Source: Sphingomonadales bacterium Ga0077559
GTDB lineage: Bacteria > Pseudomonadota > Alphaproteobacteria > Sphingomonadales > Sphingomonadaceae
DNA: 64,000 bases
Assembly: GCA_001464315.1 (NCBI GenBank)
Contig: LNFK01000040.1
Location: 32,607-96,606, forward strand
Direction: 5' to 3'
Within the stretch, counting starts at the first letter, position 1. Every line of letters starts with the position of its first letter. The notes beneath the pieces are model-generated. The model was not told the DNA's origin, searched no databases, and saw only the letters and a list, made by a program, of their open reading frames with translations. Below are positions 43,226 through 53,198 of this stretch, one piece after another. The translations under genes and the position numbers were made by a program.

Positions 43226-45267
43226 TTGCTCTCGACCAGCCGAATAGCAAAGCCGCCACCCGGAGCTATCCGCATATTAAGATCGTCGGTGCTGCTCAGC
43301 GTCTTGCTCTCAATCACAATCGAATGGCGCTTTTCGGTGCGATAGTCGGCATCGTCACCATCGCGATAAATTTCCGCTTTGTAGCTTTTCCCCGGTGTCA
43401 GGAAATCGAGCTTGAACGAAATTTCGCGCGCCTCTTCATCGCCGACTGCGCCAATATACCAGTTGTTGCCGCCGCGTTCCTTGCGCGCAATGGTCACGAA
43501 ATCACCAATCTCGCCGTTCAGCACGCGCGTGTCCTGCCAGTCGGTCGGAACATCGCGGATGAACTTCATTTCCTTTGGATATTTTGCGTAATTTTCAGGC
43601 GTATCAGCGACCATCTGCACCGGGGAATAGATCACTACGTATAATGCCAACTGTTTGGCGATCGTGGACAGGATATCGCTGTCCTCGCTGCCTTTCAGGC
43701 TCAATACGCCCGGGGTAAAGTCCATTGGGCCTTCTAGCATACGCGTGAACACGACATTAGCTTCATGCTCGGGCGGATTCTTGGCTCCGACCCACGCGTT
43801 ATATTCCATTCCGCGCATCCCTTCGCGCGCAACCCAATTGGGATAGGTGCGATGCAGGCCGGTACCCTTGACCGGCTCATGACTGTCGATGCCGATTTTA
43901 TACTCGGCGGCCTTTTCAATGACTCGAAGCTGGTGGTTCACCATCCACTGCCCCTGATGCCATTCGCGAAGCGTTTTGCCGTCGCCGTCCTGACGCTCCA
44001 TCTGAGCAGCATCAGTAACATAGCCTGTCTTCACCACCATATAGTCCCGGTCCGCAGCGAATTTGAAAGCCTTGTCGAACTGCTTTTCATAATGCGTCGC
44101 CGCGCCGCCGGTCTCGTGATGGCCGACCAGGCGAACGCCTTTTTTCTTGCCGTAAGCCACCAGCATATCCGCGTCGAAATCCTCGGTCGGCTGGGCAAAG
44201 TCCATATCATAGCCGTTGCCGAACCAGTCGCCGTCCCAGCCAACATTCCAGCCCTCAACCAGGAGGTGCGGAATCTTGTTTTCGGAAGCGAAATCAATGT
44301 AGCGCTTCACATTGGCATTGGTCGCGCCATGTTTCGGGCCGCGTGCCCATGACCATTCGCCCTTGATCATATTCCACCATACACCGGCGAACTTCCCGGG
44401 TTTGATGTAGCTGACATCGCCCAATTTGTTGGGTTCGTTAAGGTTCAGCATCAGGTGGCTGTGATAAATACCGGCCGGATCGTCAGCGATGATCAGAGTG
44501 CGCCATGGGGTGCTCCATGCACCCTTTTTCTGCACCTTGGGTTCACCCGCACCAGGATGGAGCGCGGCGCGGAGAGTGTTGCCTTCGGTCCGCGCTACGG
44601 CCATGCCCGAATAATCGACCAAGGCTGCCTCGTGCAGGGCAACATGCGTTCCGTCAGCCATCTTGATCGTCACTGGCGTATCGGCATTGGCAACGGCGGA
44701 AAGCGGCGTTTTGTTGTAGAGATATTCCTCGCGGTTCCACAGGAATGCGGGCTTCCACCATGCGATGCCATCGCTGGCAAAGGCGAATTCTGTCAGCTCC
44801 TCGGCGATATTGCTGTTCGCCATTTGGGGCTGCTCGGGAAATTCATATCGGAAGCCCACGCCGTCTTCGTAAAGCCGGAAGGTGACGGTGAAAACGCGCG
44901 CAAGCGCGGTGCTTTCTTTCAGATGCACCTTGAGTTCGCGGTAGCGGTTACGGATGCTTTGCCACTCGCCCCAAGGTTGGGTCCAGGTCTCATCGAAGTC
45001 GCGCACTTCCTGACCGGTAACGTTTAGGCGGCGGTCGATTTTTACTGCATCGGTAAACAGGAAACCAAGCCTCGACGGTGCCAAAATCGGTTTGCCCTTC
45101 CGGGTCACGGAATAAGCCGCGCGGCCATCGCCATCGATGGTGACGGCAACGCTGACTGCGCCATCGGGCGAAGACGCTTGGGCTACCGGGCGCGCGTTGG
45201 CGGAAGCCGCTGCGAGCAATGCTCCGCCCAGCGCTATAACCGAATATTTTATCTTCTTGCTGCCCAT
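43222..45267 (-). CDS. Glycoside hydrolase family 97 (alpha-glucosidase, SusB-like)
   Basis: Signal peptide; TPWRTLI, LNLNEP, EGWN, HHET, HEP, REGMRGMEY, GPMDFTPG. Confidence 0.93.
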   Translation of the reverse strand: MGSKKIKYSVIALGGALLAAASANARPVAQASSPDGAVSVAVTIDGDGRAAYSVTRKGKPILAPSRLGFLFTDAVKIDRRLNVTGQEVRDFDETWTQPWGEWQSIRNRYRELKVHLKESTALARVFTVTFRLYEDGVGFRYEFPEQPQMANSNIAEELTEFAFASDGIAWWKPAFLWNREEYLYNKTPLSAVANADTPVTIKMADGTHVALHEAALVDYSGMAVARTEGNTLRAALHPGAGEPKVQKKGAWSTPWRTLIIADDPAGIYHSHLMLNLNEPNKLGDVSYIKPGKFAGVWWNMIKGEWSWARGPKHGATNANVKRYIDFASENKIPHLLVEGWNVGWDGDWFGNGYDMDFAQPTEDFDADMLVAYGKKKGVRLVGHHETGGAATHYEKQFDKAFKFAADRDYMVVKTGYVTDAAQMERQDGDGKTLREWHQGQWMVNHQLRVIEKAAEYKIGIDSHEPVKGTGLHRTYPNWVAREGMRGMEYNAWVGAKNPPEHEANVVFTRMLEGPMDFTPGVLSLKGSEDSDILSTIAKQLALYVVIYSPVQMVADTPENYAKYPKEMKFIRDVPTDWQDTRVLNGEIGDFVTIARKERGGNNWYIGAVGDEEAREISFKLDFLTPGKSYKAEIYRDGDDADYRTEKRHSIVIESKTLSSTDDLNMRIAPGGGFAIRLVESK

Positions 45268-45278
45268 ATTCCGCCTCC

Positions 45279-46904
45279 TTAAGCGATTTTTTCCATGACT
45301 TTTGCGCCATAAGCCGGAAGCGAACCCGGCGTGGCATCGTTTTCCGACTTCACCATCCGCCAGCGGTCTGGCTGTGCCGGTTGCCAATTAGTGTCTTCGC
45401 CGCCCATGTTAAACGCGCAGATAAGATGCTGATTTGCGCTGCGGCGCTCGAACACCAACAGATCGGATTGTGCTTCAATGATGTGTAAGTCGCCGATCAA
45501 CATCGCTTCATTGACATTGCGAAACGCGATGAGCTTGCGCGTTAATGCCAGCATTGAATCGGCGTCCAGTTCCTGTCTGTCGACCGACATCGCCTGATGA
45601 TCAGGGCCGAGCGGCAACCAAGGCTCGGCAACGCTGAAACCGCCGTTCAACGCTTCTGCTGACCAAGGCATCGGCGTGCGCGTCCCGTCTCGACTGAGCG
45701 TCAGTGGCCAATTGGCAATGGCTTCCGGGTCTTGAAGCTTGTCGAACGGGATTTCGACTTGAGTGAGGCCAAGCTCTTCGCCCTGCCACAATATGACATT
45801 GCCGCGTAGACAGGCGAACAGCATCATCACCATCCGCGCATAGGCGTCGCGCGCATCGACCGGTGCCCAACGGCTAATCCAACGCGGGGCGTCATGGTTC
45901 GAAAATGCCCATGATGGCCAACCAATTCCATCGGTATCGGGCCAAGCCTCCAATGCCTCGCGCACCAATGCGGGCGTCAGATGTTCGGCATAGAGAAAGT
46001 TGAATCCGTAGGCGCTGTTGAAGTGGGACTCACCGGCAGTGAAAGCCTTCATTTCGCGGTCAGGGTCAGGGCCGCCTACTTCTGCCACGGTAAACCGGTC
46101 TGGATACATGTCGGTCAAAGCGCGGATGCGTGCAATGAAGTCGGGAATGTCCGGGTGCGACTGGTTGTTCACCTTCAACTGGAAGTCAAACGGCCGCGTC
46201 CGGACTCCGTTTCCGGCTGGGGCTGGCGGGTTATCCTTGAGTTCCGGATCATGCATCGCGAAGTTGATTGCGTCGACACGGAAACCGTCGACGCCGCGGT
46301 CCAACCAGAATGCGGCAACCCCCAACAGCGCATCCTGAACCACTGGATTATGGACATTCAACTGCGGCTGACTGCTCAGGAAGTTGTGCATATAATATTG
46401 GCCACGCCGCGCGTCCCACGTCCATGCCGGGCCGCCGAATACCGATTGCCAGTTATTCGGCGGGGTGCCGTCGGACTTGGCATCGGCCCAAACATACCAG
46501 TCGGCCTTAGCGTTATCGCGGTTCGCCCGACTCTCGGCGAACCAAGCATGCAGATCCGACGTATGGGAATACACCTGATCGATCAGGACTTTGAGTCCGA
46601 CCGAATGCGCTTTAGCGACCAAGTTATCAAAATCATTGAGTGTTCCGAAAATCGGGTCGACGCCGCAATAATCGGCGACGTCATAGCCAAAATCCTTCAT
46701 CGGCGAAGTGAAGAAGGGCGACAGCCAGATCGCATCGACGCCCAATGACGCGACATAATCGAGCTTGCCAGTAATCCCCGGCAAATCGCCAATGCCGTCG
46801 CCGTTGGAATCGGCGAAGCTGCGCGGATAGACCTGATAAATGCTCGCGCCGCGCCACCACGGTCGTTCGGTTTTTGTGGCTTCTATGGGGAGGGGGTCAC
46901 TCAT
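45279..46904 (-). CDS. GH13 alpha-glucosidase (cytoplasmic)
   Basis: YQVYPRSF, DFGYDV, catalytic GFRVDA / VAEV / SNHD, DGTRTPM; no signal peptide. Confidence 0.93.
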   Translation of the reverse strand: MSDPLPIEATKTERPWWRGASIYQVYPRSFADSNGDGIGDLPGITGKLDYVASLGVDAIWLSPFFTSPMKDFGYDVADYCGVDPIFGTLNDFDNLVAKAHSVGLKVLIDQVYSHTSDLHAWFAESRANRDNAKADWYVWADAKSDGTPPNNWQSVFGGPAWTWDARRGQYYMHNFLSSQPQLNVHNPVVQDALLGVAAFWLDRGVDGFRVDAINFAMHDPELKDNPPAPAGNGVRTRPFDFQLKVNNQSHPDIPDFIARIRALTDMYPDRFTVAEVGGPDPDREMKAFTAGESHFNSAYGFNFLYAEHLTPALVREALEAWPDTDGIGWPSWAFSNHDAPRWISRWAPVDARDAYARMVMMLFACLRGNVILWQGEELGLTQVEIPFDKLQDPEAIANWPLTLSRDGTRTPMPWSAEALNGGFSVAEPWLPLGPDHQAMSVDRQELDADSMLALTRKLIAFRNVNEAMLIGDLHIIEAQSDLLVFERRSANQHLICAFNMGGEDTNWQPAQPDRWRMVKSENDATPGSLPAYGAKVMEKIA

Positions 46905-48601
46905 TTTACTTTGCACACCATATAACCAAAAGCAGGAAGGGAAATCGCGACCGAGCCGGGCAAGCGCGGTGCAGCCGGGCAACTACCGCGCAGCGCGGTT
47001 AATGCAGTCGCAGCTTGGCCGATTTCGACATTGGCGTTGAGCGGTGCATTGGAAGTGTTGAACGCCACCAGTACTTCCTCGCCCGATGCGCTGTCGATCC
47101 GCGATACGGCAAACAGTCCGGGCTTTTCGCCATAATTGCGAACAATCTGGTCGCCGCGCCGCAACGCAATTTGCTCGCTGCGGAGTTTGGCGAGATCGGC
47201 CACGGCCTTGTAGATCGGGTGGCCTGTATCAAAATTACTGTCGGCCGTCGTAGCGCTCGTTCCGACCAGTTTATTGTCATTGTAGACCGCGACTTTCGAC
47301 GGGAACATATCCTCGCGTGCGTCCTGATCATTACCATCTCCGGCAAAACCCTGCTCATCGCCCGAGTAGATTGTAGGTACCCCGCGAAGGGTCATTAGCA
47401 TCGCGTGGCCAAGCAAGACGCGCTGCAATATTTCGGAATCGTCGGCATTTGGATGCGCCAAGCGCATCTCGCGCGCGAAACGACCGAAATCATGATTGCC
47501 GAGGAAGGTCGGCAACTGCTTTGCGGTCGCCTTGCCGCCTTCGTACAAATCGTCGCCTTCGAACATCGTCGCGAAAAGGTCGGTGCCCGCACGTCCGGCG
47601 ACGGTTTCAATAGCGGTGCGGCGGAATACGAAATCGAGCACCGACGGAAACTTCGCAATCCGCGTGTGCAACGCTTGTGCCTGAACATCCACTCCATCCG
47701 ATGCAACTTCTCCGAAAACATGGAAATTAGGGATGCCTTTAGCCTTGGCATGTTCCACAATAGCAGGTGCAAATTTTACCCAGAATTCGGGATGGACGTG
47801 GCGCGCTGTGTCGATCCGGTAGCCATCTATTCCGAAGCGGTCGATCCAGCCTTTATAGACCTCGATAAAGCCATCGATAACGCGCGGGTCGGTGGTTGCA
47901 AAATCGTCAAGGCCGACAAAATCGCCCATGACCGAATTCTCACCCTTGAATGTCGTGTCGCCGCGATTGTGATAATATTGGACATCGTTCATCCATGCCG
48001 GGACTTTGATGTTTTTCTCGGCTTCGGGAACGACGGGCGTATAGGCCTTTTGCGGATAGTCGGCGCGGCTGCGATAGGCGCATTTCACACATTCGGCATA
48101 TTGGATGACGTCGGCGCTGTGGTTGGTAATGATGTCCATATATACCTTCATCCCGCGCTTGTGCGCTGCGTCGACGAAGGCCTTGAATTCGGCATCGGTA
48201 CCGAAGTGCGGGTCGACGGTGGTGAAATCGGTCACCCAATATCCGTGGTAGCCCGCCGATTCCTCGCCCTTGCCGCCTTGCACCGGCTTGTTCTTGAAAA
48301 TCGGTGCAAACCAGATCGCGGTCGCGCCCATGCCCTGGATATAATCGAGCCGCTTGATCAACCCCGCCAAATCGCCGCCGTGGAAGAAACCTTTATGCGT
48401 GGGGTCGAAGCCATGCTGCATCTTGTCGCCCTTCAACCCGCCTTTGTCGTTCTTGACGTCGCCATTTTCAAAGCGGTCGGGCAGGACAAAATAAATGACT
48501 TCGTCTTCGGGCAGGCGGTCGCGATGCGATTGCGCAGCGAGCGGTGCGGTAAATACATTTGCCAACAGGCTGGCGCCGAGCCAAAGTTTCTTTAACGTCA
48601 T
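46901..48601 (-). CDS. Exported GH13 alpha-amylase/neopullulanase-like enzyme
   Basis: Signal peptide; YFVLPDRF, YHGYW, catalytic GYRIDT / FGEV / GNHD. Confidence 0.92.
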   Translation of the reverse strand: MTLKKLWLGASLLANVFTAPLAAQSHRDRLPEDEVIYFVLPDRFENGDVKNDKGGLKGDKMQHGFDPTHKGFFHGGDLAGLIKRLDYIQGMGATAIWFAPIFKNKPVQGGKGEESAGYHGYWVTDFTTVDPHFGTDAEFKAFVDAAHKRGMKVYMDIITNHSADVIQYAECVKCAYRSRADYPQKAYTPVVPEAEKNIKVPAWMNDVQYYHNRGDTTFKGENSVMGDFVGLDDFATTDPRVIDGFIEVYKGWIDRFGIDGYRIDTARHVHPEFWVKFAPAIVEHAKAKGIPNFHVFGEVASDGVDVQAQALHTRIAKFPSVLDFVFRRTAIETVAGRAGTDLFATMFEGDDLYEGGKATAKQLPTFLGNHDFGRFAREMRLAHPNADDSEILQRVLLGHAMLMTLRGVPTIYSGDEQGFAGDGNDQDAREDMFPSKVAVYNDNKLVGTSATTADSNFDTGHPIYKAVADLAKLRSEQIALRRGDQIVRNYGEKPGLFAVSRIDSASGEEVLVAFNTSNAPLNANVEIGQAATALTALRGSCPAAPRLPGSVAISLPAFGYMVCKVK

Positions 48602-50121
48602 GGCAGGGCCTTTTTCATTTCGAGGAGAGGGGCGGCGCAATTGGCGGCGATATAATCCTGATGGAGCGGCATTCGTCCCGCGACATGTGCCGCATGATTT
48701 TGCGCGACATTGATGAATTCAGCGAGTTGCTCCGACGTGAGTTGGTCTGCGAGCGGGTGATAGCCTTGGGGGCGCAACCCTTGTCCCCACATCACCTGAA
48801 GCCAGCCCAGTTCGGTGAACAGCTCCTCGCCCACACGGACAATGCGACCATTGGCTTTGAACAGATCGATCTTAGCGGCGAGGCTATCGGGTATCGCCAT
48901 ATTCCGGCATTGCCGCCAGAATTCGCCGGGGCGGTTGTTGGCTTTATAATGCAATATGATGAAATCGCGGATAGAGTGGAATTCGAAATCCATCTGCCCG
49001 TTGAAGGCGTCAATGTCGGGTTGGTCGAAACCGGCGGTCGGGAAGAAATTCAGCAACTTGGCTATGCCAGACTGGATCAGATGAATACTGGTCGATTCCA
49101 ACGGCTCCAGAAACCCGCTCGACAGCCCCAGGGCAACGCAATTCTTCTTCCAGATTTGACGCCGTTTGCCTGTTACAAAACGCAACTGCCGCGGCTTGGC
49201 CAATGCTCCGCCATCGAGATTTGACATGAGGGTATCGGTCGCATCGGCGTCGCTGACAAAATCGCTGCAATAGACGTAGCCATTGCCGGTGCGGTGCTGC
49301 AACGGGATGCGCCACTGCCATCCGGCGTCGCGCGCGGTCGACCGGGTATAGGGAGTGAGTGGATTGACAGATGCGCATGGCACGGCCACCGCGCGATTGC
49401 AGGGCAGATAATTCGACCAATTCTCATAGCCGCTTTGCAGCGCTTGCTCGATCAGCAGACCGCGAAAACCCGAGCAGTCGATGAACAGGTCTCCATCGAC
49501 CGTCTCGCCGGACATCAATTTTACCGCATCGATAAAACCTGTCTCAGCATTCAACTCGACGTCGACGACTTCGCCTTCGGTCCTGACAACATCCCGCGCC
49601 TCGGCATATTTCCGCAAGAACTGCGCGTAGAGACCAGCGTCGAAATGATAGGCGTAAGCCACGCCGCTTGGCAGGCTGCCCGGCTTTTCCTGCGGGCGAG
49701 CGAAGCGGTTTTCGGCGGCTGCCAATGCGGCCGGCGCGTAGTCCCACAGCGACGATGTTCCGCCCTGCTGGCGATGCCGCAACCAATATTGGTGAAACGG
49801 CAGTAGCCCCAATGGCCGCCCGATTTGTCCGAAAGCATGGATATAGCGATGCCCCGGCTCAGCCCAGTCGGCAAATTCAATGCCAAGCTTGAACGACCCT
49901 TGTGTCGCGCGGATGAACTCGTTTTCGGCGATGCCAAGGCTTTGGTTGAAAAGCTGGATGGCGGGTATGGTCGCTTCACCGACACCGATCGTGCCGATGT
50001 CGTCGGACTCAATAAGCCGTATCGAATAGTCCGGCCCCAGAAATCGAGCAAAGGCAGACGCGGCCATCCAGCCGGCTGTTCCTCCTCCTACTATCACGAT
50101 CTGTTTCAGAGCGCTCTCCAT
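48598..50121 (-). CDS. Flavin-dependent tryptophan-halogenase-family protein (copy A)
   Basis: GGGTAGW, GVGEATIP, conserved Lys (SFKLGI), WQWRIP, FLEPLESTSI. GGAG SD before ATG 50121. Confidence 0.92.
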   Translation of the reverse strand: MESALKQIVIVGGGTAGWMAASAFARFLGPDYSIRLIESDDIGTIGVGEATIPAIQLFNQSLGIAENEFIRATQGSFKLGIEFADWAEPGHRYIHAFGQIGRPLGLLPFHQYWLRHRQQGGTSSLWDYAPAALAAAENRFARPQEKPGSLPSGVAYAYHFDAGLYAQFLRKYAEARDVVRTEGEVVDVELNAETGFIDAVKLMSGETVDGDLFIDCSGFRGLLIEQALQSGYENWSNYLPCNRAVAVPCASVNPLTPYTRSTARDAGWQWRIPLQHRTGNGYVYCSDFVSDADATDTLMSNLDGGALAKPRQLRFVTGKRRQIWKKNCVALGLSSGFLEPLESTSIHLIQSGIAKLLNFFPTAGFDQPDIDAFNGQMDFEFHSIRDFIILHYKANNRPGEFWRQCRNMAIPDSLAAKIDLFKANGRIVRVGEELFTELGWLQVMWGQGLRPQGYHPLADQLTSEQLAEFINVAQNHAAHVAGRMPLHQDYIAANCAAPLLEMKKALP

Positions 50122-50138
50122 GCTCTCCACTTACCGAC

Positions 50139-50187
50139 AAAAAAGGCCCCCGCCACGTCAGGAATTTTTCCTACCGCGGCGGGGGCC
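50139..50187 (-). terminator. Terminator-like hairpin between the TBDR and halogenase A
   Basis: GGCCCCCGCC (50145-50154) / GGCGGGGGCC (50178-50187) stem with an inner AGGAA/TTCCT stem, followed by T6 on the minus strand. Confidence 0.75.
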
Positions 50188-50200
50188 GATGATTAGCTCA

Positions 50201-52918
50201 TCAGAACTTGAAGGTGAACCCAGCGAGGAACCGGCGACCGTAGATTTGGTAATCGATCACCTGGTTACGGGACGCGCCAACCGATGCAAAACGCTCGTCG
50301 GTCAGGTTCTGGCCTTGCAAATAAACCGAAAGTCCCTGAAGCGCGCTGCCATCTTGGAAGTCGTATCCGATCTGGCCATCGACAATCAATTCGGCAAGCG
50401 CGGTACGCCGCGTTGGCGATCCGCCAAAACCGGTGAAGTCGCCGAGGAACGTCGAACGATAGCGAACGGAACCGCGGGCGTTAAAGCCCCATTTTTCGAA
50501 GTAGGCGGTACCGTTGGCGACCCATTTCGAATAGCCGGGAATCTGGTCAACATTGCCTTGCGCATCTTTAATCTTGGTCTTGGTGTAGCCGACGCCGCCG
50601 GTTACGCCAAAGCCGTCAAGCGCTTCGCTGATGTTGCTGAAGGGCAGGGTGACTGCGAGTTCAGCTCCATAAAGCTTGCCGCCGCCGGTGTTGAACGACG
50701 ATTCCAGACGTCCGATCAGCGTTGCAGGCGGTAACCCGGTTGGAAGTGGATAGCCTGCAAAATCAAATGGAAAGCGCGTACGGTCGATGTAGCTCTTGAT
50801 GTCCTTGTGGAAAAGTTGGAGCGAAATAAGGCCCGAATTTCCGAAATATTTTTCAAAGTTCAAGTCAAACGCGTTTGCGCGATAAGGACGCAATTGCGGG
50901 TTACCACCATTGCCATCGATGAACGGTGCCAAGCCTGTCGGACTGTCGGCTATTGTATTGTTGATGCCATAAGAAACCGCAACGCGCAGATCGTCCAACC
51001 GTGGGCGCTGTATCTGACGTGATGCGGCAAATCGAATAACGAAATCGCTGTCAAACCGCATCGACAGGTTAAGGCTGGGCAGTACATCCCAATAGCTGGT
51101 GCTGGCCCGGACCGAGCGAGCAACGCCGCCAGCGAATACAGTTCCAGAAGAACCCTGATCGGTGTGTATCGCCTGCACGCCGATGTTACCAGTCAACGTG
51201 CCACTGCCCATTTCCTGCTCGATATCGGCCTGCAAATAGGCCGTCATCAGGTCTTCGGTGACATTATATGCCTTTGCCGGAATATCTGGCGAAAGGTTGC
51301 GGTCAAGCACCAGCGTACCATCAGCGATCAGGTCACGCGCGTCGTAACTGACGATCGGACCCAAGCCAAGGTAGCCCAGATTGGTTGGGCGCAGCAACGC
51401 ACCGGCAGGGATCGGCAACTCCAACGCACCGCCGCGCAGCCGGACGAGAAACTCATCAGGAGTCAGGCTTTTCTGTCGGTCGGTATAATTGAGGCCGAAT
51501 TTGATGGCCGAGAAAAAGCCTTCGACTTCCTTCTCCACACCGACGCGATATTGCTTCAGTTCGTCTTCGATAATGCGGTTATTGTAATAGCCAGCCTGCG
51601 GAACAACACCGCCACCCCAGCCGAGTGGATCGGTTAAGCGAATAAGCGCGGGGTTGCTGTAATCGAGCGTGGGATCGAACACCGTTCCCGATGGACCCGA
51701 TGTAAAGCGGATTGTGTCGGTCGCCCCCAAGCTCTGGCCAAAGCCGGTGCCCGAATATGCTTCAATGCTCAACTCATTGCGGTCGGTTCGCGAATAGCCG
51801 ACGTCGATAAACGCCTTCCAGCCATCGTCACCCTTATATTCTGCGTTATAGCCGAACGAGTAAAGATCGGCCTTGCGCTGGAAAATATCGTTGCGAACCA
51901 CGCCTTGCACATTGTTGAAAGTACCGGCGGTGACAAATCCGTCGGAAACTGTGGTACCCGTCGGTCCCGTTGTGCCGAACGCGCCGAAGCCCAAGGGCAA
52001 TTCAATGCCGCGCTTCGACTGGTCGTCTTCGAAATTCGAATAGAAACCATCGAACGTCATGCGGATCGTGTCCGACGCTTGAAATTGCAACGTGCCGTTA
52101 AGGCCAAGGCGTTTCAGCTGAGTTGATGTGACAAAGGATTTCGAACCACCAATGACGGCAGGCGATGCTGCTGTGCCTGCACCGGCATAACCCCAGGCGT
52201 TGAACTCCTGAAGCTGGTAGGGCTCGTCGACATAAGACGCCGACAACGCCAGTCCGATTGTGTCATCGGCAAACTGGTCGATATAAGTAGCATTGGCGCG
52301 GTAGCCGTATTTCTTGGAACCTGCGTTCAGTGCACCGAGATCGGCATAAGTGCCGCGCGCACCGATGGCGAGGACTTGCTTGCCATAGTCGAGCGGACGG
52401 ACGGTGCGGATGTCGATGGTGCCGACAAGACCTTGCCCTACGAGCGACGCAGTTGGCGATTTGTAGACAACAACCTGACTGACGATTTCAGAAGGATATT
52501 GGTCGAACTCGACCGCGCGGCTGTCACCGGTCGAGGTTTGCTCGCGACCATTCAGGACGGTTTGCGAAAAGTCGGGGCCGAAGCCGCGGATCGAGATGTT
52601 GTTCGAACGGCCGTTCAGGCGCTGCGATGTGACGCCGGGAAGGCGGGCAATGGACTCGCCGATAGATGCGTCCGGAAGCTTGCCAATATCTTCGGCTGAA
52701 ACCGACTCAACAATCTGGTCGTTGTTTTTCTTTTCATTGACCGCATTCTCCAGCGAAGCGCGGAAACCCGAGACGACGATGGCGTCTTCATCTTCGTCGG
52801 CAGGCGCATCTTGCGCAAACGCTGGTGCAGCAAATGCAGCAACAATTGCGGTGCCCAGCGCAAAGCGGCTGGCACTATGCGCGAAACGGCGCGCATTATT
52901 AAACTGGAACTTGGCCAT
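50201..52918 (-). CDS. TonB-dependent receptor, probable maltodextrin uptake (MalA-like)
   Basis: Signal peptide, IVVSGFRASL, DIGKLPD, ESIARLPGV, terminal F (FTFKF); neighbours are GH13/GH97 genes and a LacI gene. Confidence 0.9.
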   Translation of the reverse strand: MAKFQFNNARRFAHSASRFALGTAIVAAFAAPAFAQDAPADEDEDAIVVSGFRASLENAVNEKKNNDQIVESVSAEDIGKLPDASIGESIARLPGVTSQRLNGRSNNISIRGFGPDFSQTVLNGREQTSTGDSRAVEFDQYPSEIVSQVVVYKSPTASLVGQGLVGTIDIRTVRPLDYGKQVLAIGARGTYADLGALNAGSKKYGYRANATYIDQFADDTIGLALSASYVDEPYQLQEFNAWGYAGAGTAASPAVIGGSKSFVTSTQLKRLGLNGTLQFQASDTIRMTFDGFYSNFEDDQSKRGIELPLGFGAFGTTGPTGTTVSDGFVTAGTFNNVQGVVRNDIFQRKADLYSFGYNAEYKGDDGWKAFIDVGYSRTDRNELSIEAYSGTGFGQSLGATDTIRFTSGPSGTVFDPTLDYSNPALIRLTDPLGWGGGVVPQAGYYNNRIIEDELKQYRVGVEKEVEGFFSAIKFGLNYTDRQKSLTPDEFLVRLRGGALELPIPAGALLRPTNLGYLGLGPIVSYDARDLIADGTLVLDRNLSPDIPAKAYNVTEDLMTAYLQADIEQEMGSGTLTGNIGVQAIHTDQGSSGTVFAGGVARSVRASTSYWDVLPSLNLSMRFDSDFVIRFAASRQIQRPRLDDLRVAVSYGINNTIADSPTGLAPFIDGNGGNPQLRPYRANAFDLNFEKYFGNSGLISLQLFHKDIKSYIDRTRFPFDFAGYPLPTGLPPATLIGRLESSFNTGGGKLYGAELAVTLPFSNISEALDGFGVTGGVGYTKTKIKDAQGNVDQIPGYSKWVANGTAYFEKWGFNARGSVRYRSTFLGDFTGFGGSPTRRTALAELIVDGQIGYDFQDGSALQGLSVYLQGQNLTDERFASVGASRNQVIDYQIYGRRFLAGFTFKF

Positions 52919-53056
52919 GATTGACTCCCCTAAATGGTTCCGTCCAATTTGAAGGGCGGTAACCGGCTACATTTGCGCATCCAGACGCTGGCCGACATGA
53001 ATGCAATTATGACCATGACAAAATGCGCCTCAACCCCGGGATTGACCACAAATCCA

Positions 53057-53067
53057 CATACGTATTC
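53057..53067. promoter_or_regulatory. Candidate LacI-family operator (ATACGTAT core)
   Basis: CATACGTATTC palindromic core with central CG, in the TBDR/LacI divergent region; the same core recurs at 54239. Confidence 0.6.
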
Positions 53068-53198
53068 AGAATATGCATTTTAAACTGTTGCAATTTTGCA
53101 ACAAGTTATGACCATCGCGCAAACGCTTTTCCCCGTCATTGCTTCAACTATCTGGTAAGCCTAAGACGAGTTCAGGAGCTGGAAAGGCGCTGACCGGA

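Noticed and set aside
47405-48595. 396-aa plus-strand ORF, and similar long antisense ORFs (e.g. 22482-23489, 27936-28904, 30703-31527)
   Set aside because: They lie fully opposite well-supported genes, show no recognisable motifs, and are expected in GC-rich coding DNA.
50110-50130. Short GGAGAGC tandem at the halogenase A start
   Set aside because: It is simply the SD plus the first codons (GTG GAG AGC ATG GAG AGC); it only makes the start ambiguous (50130 or 50121).
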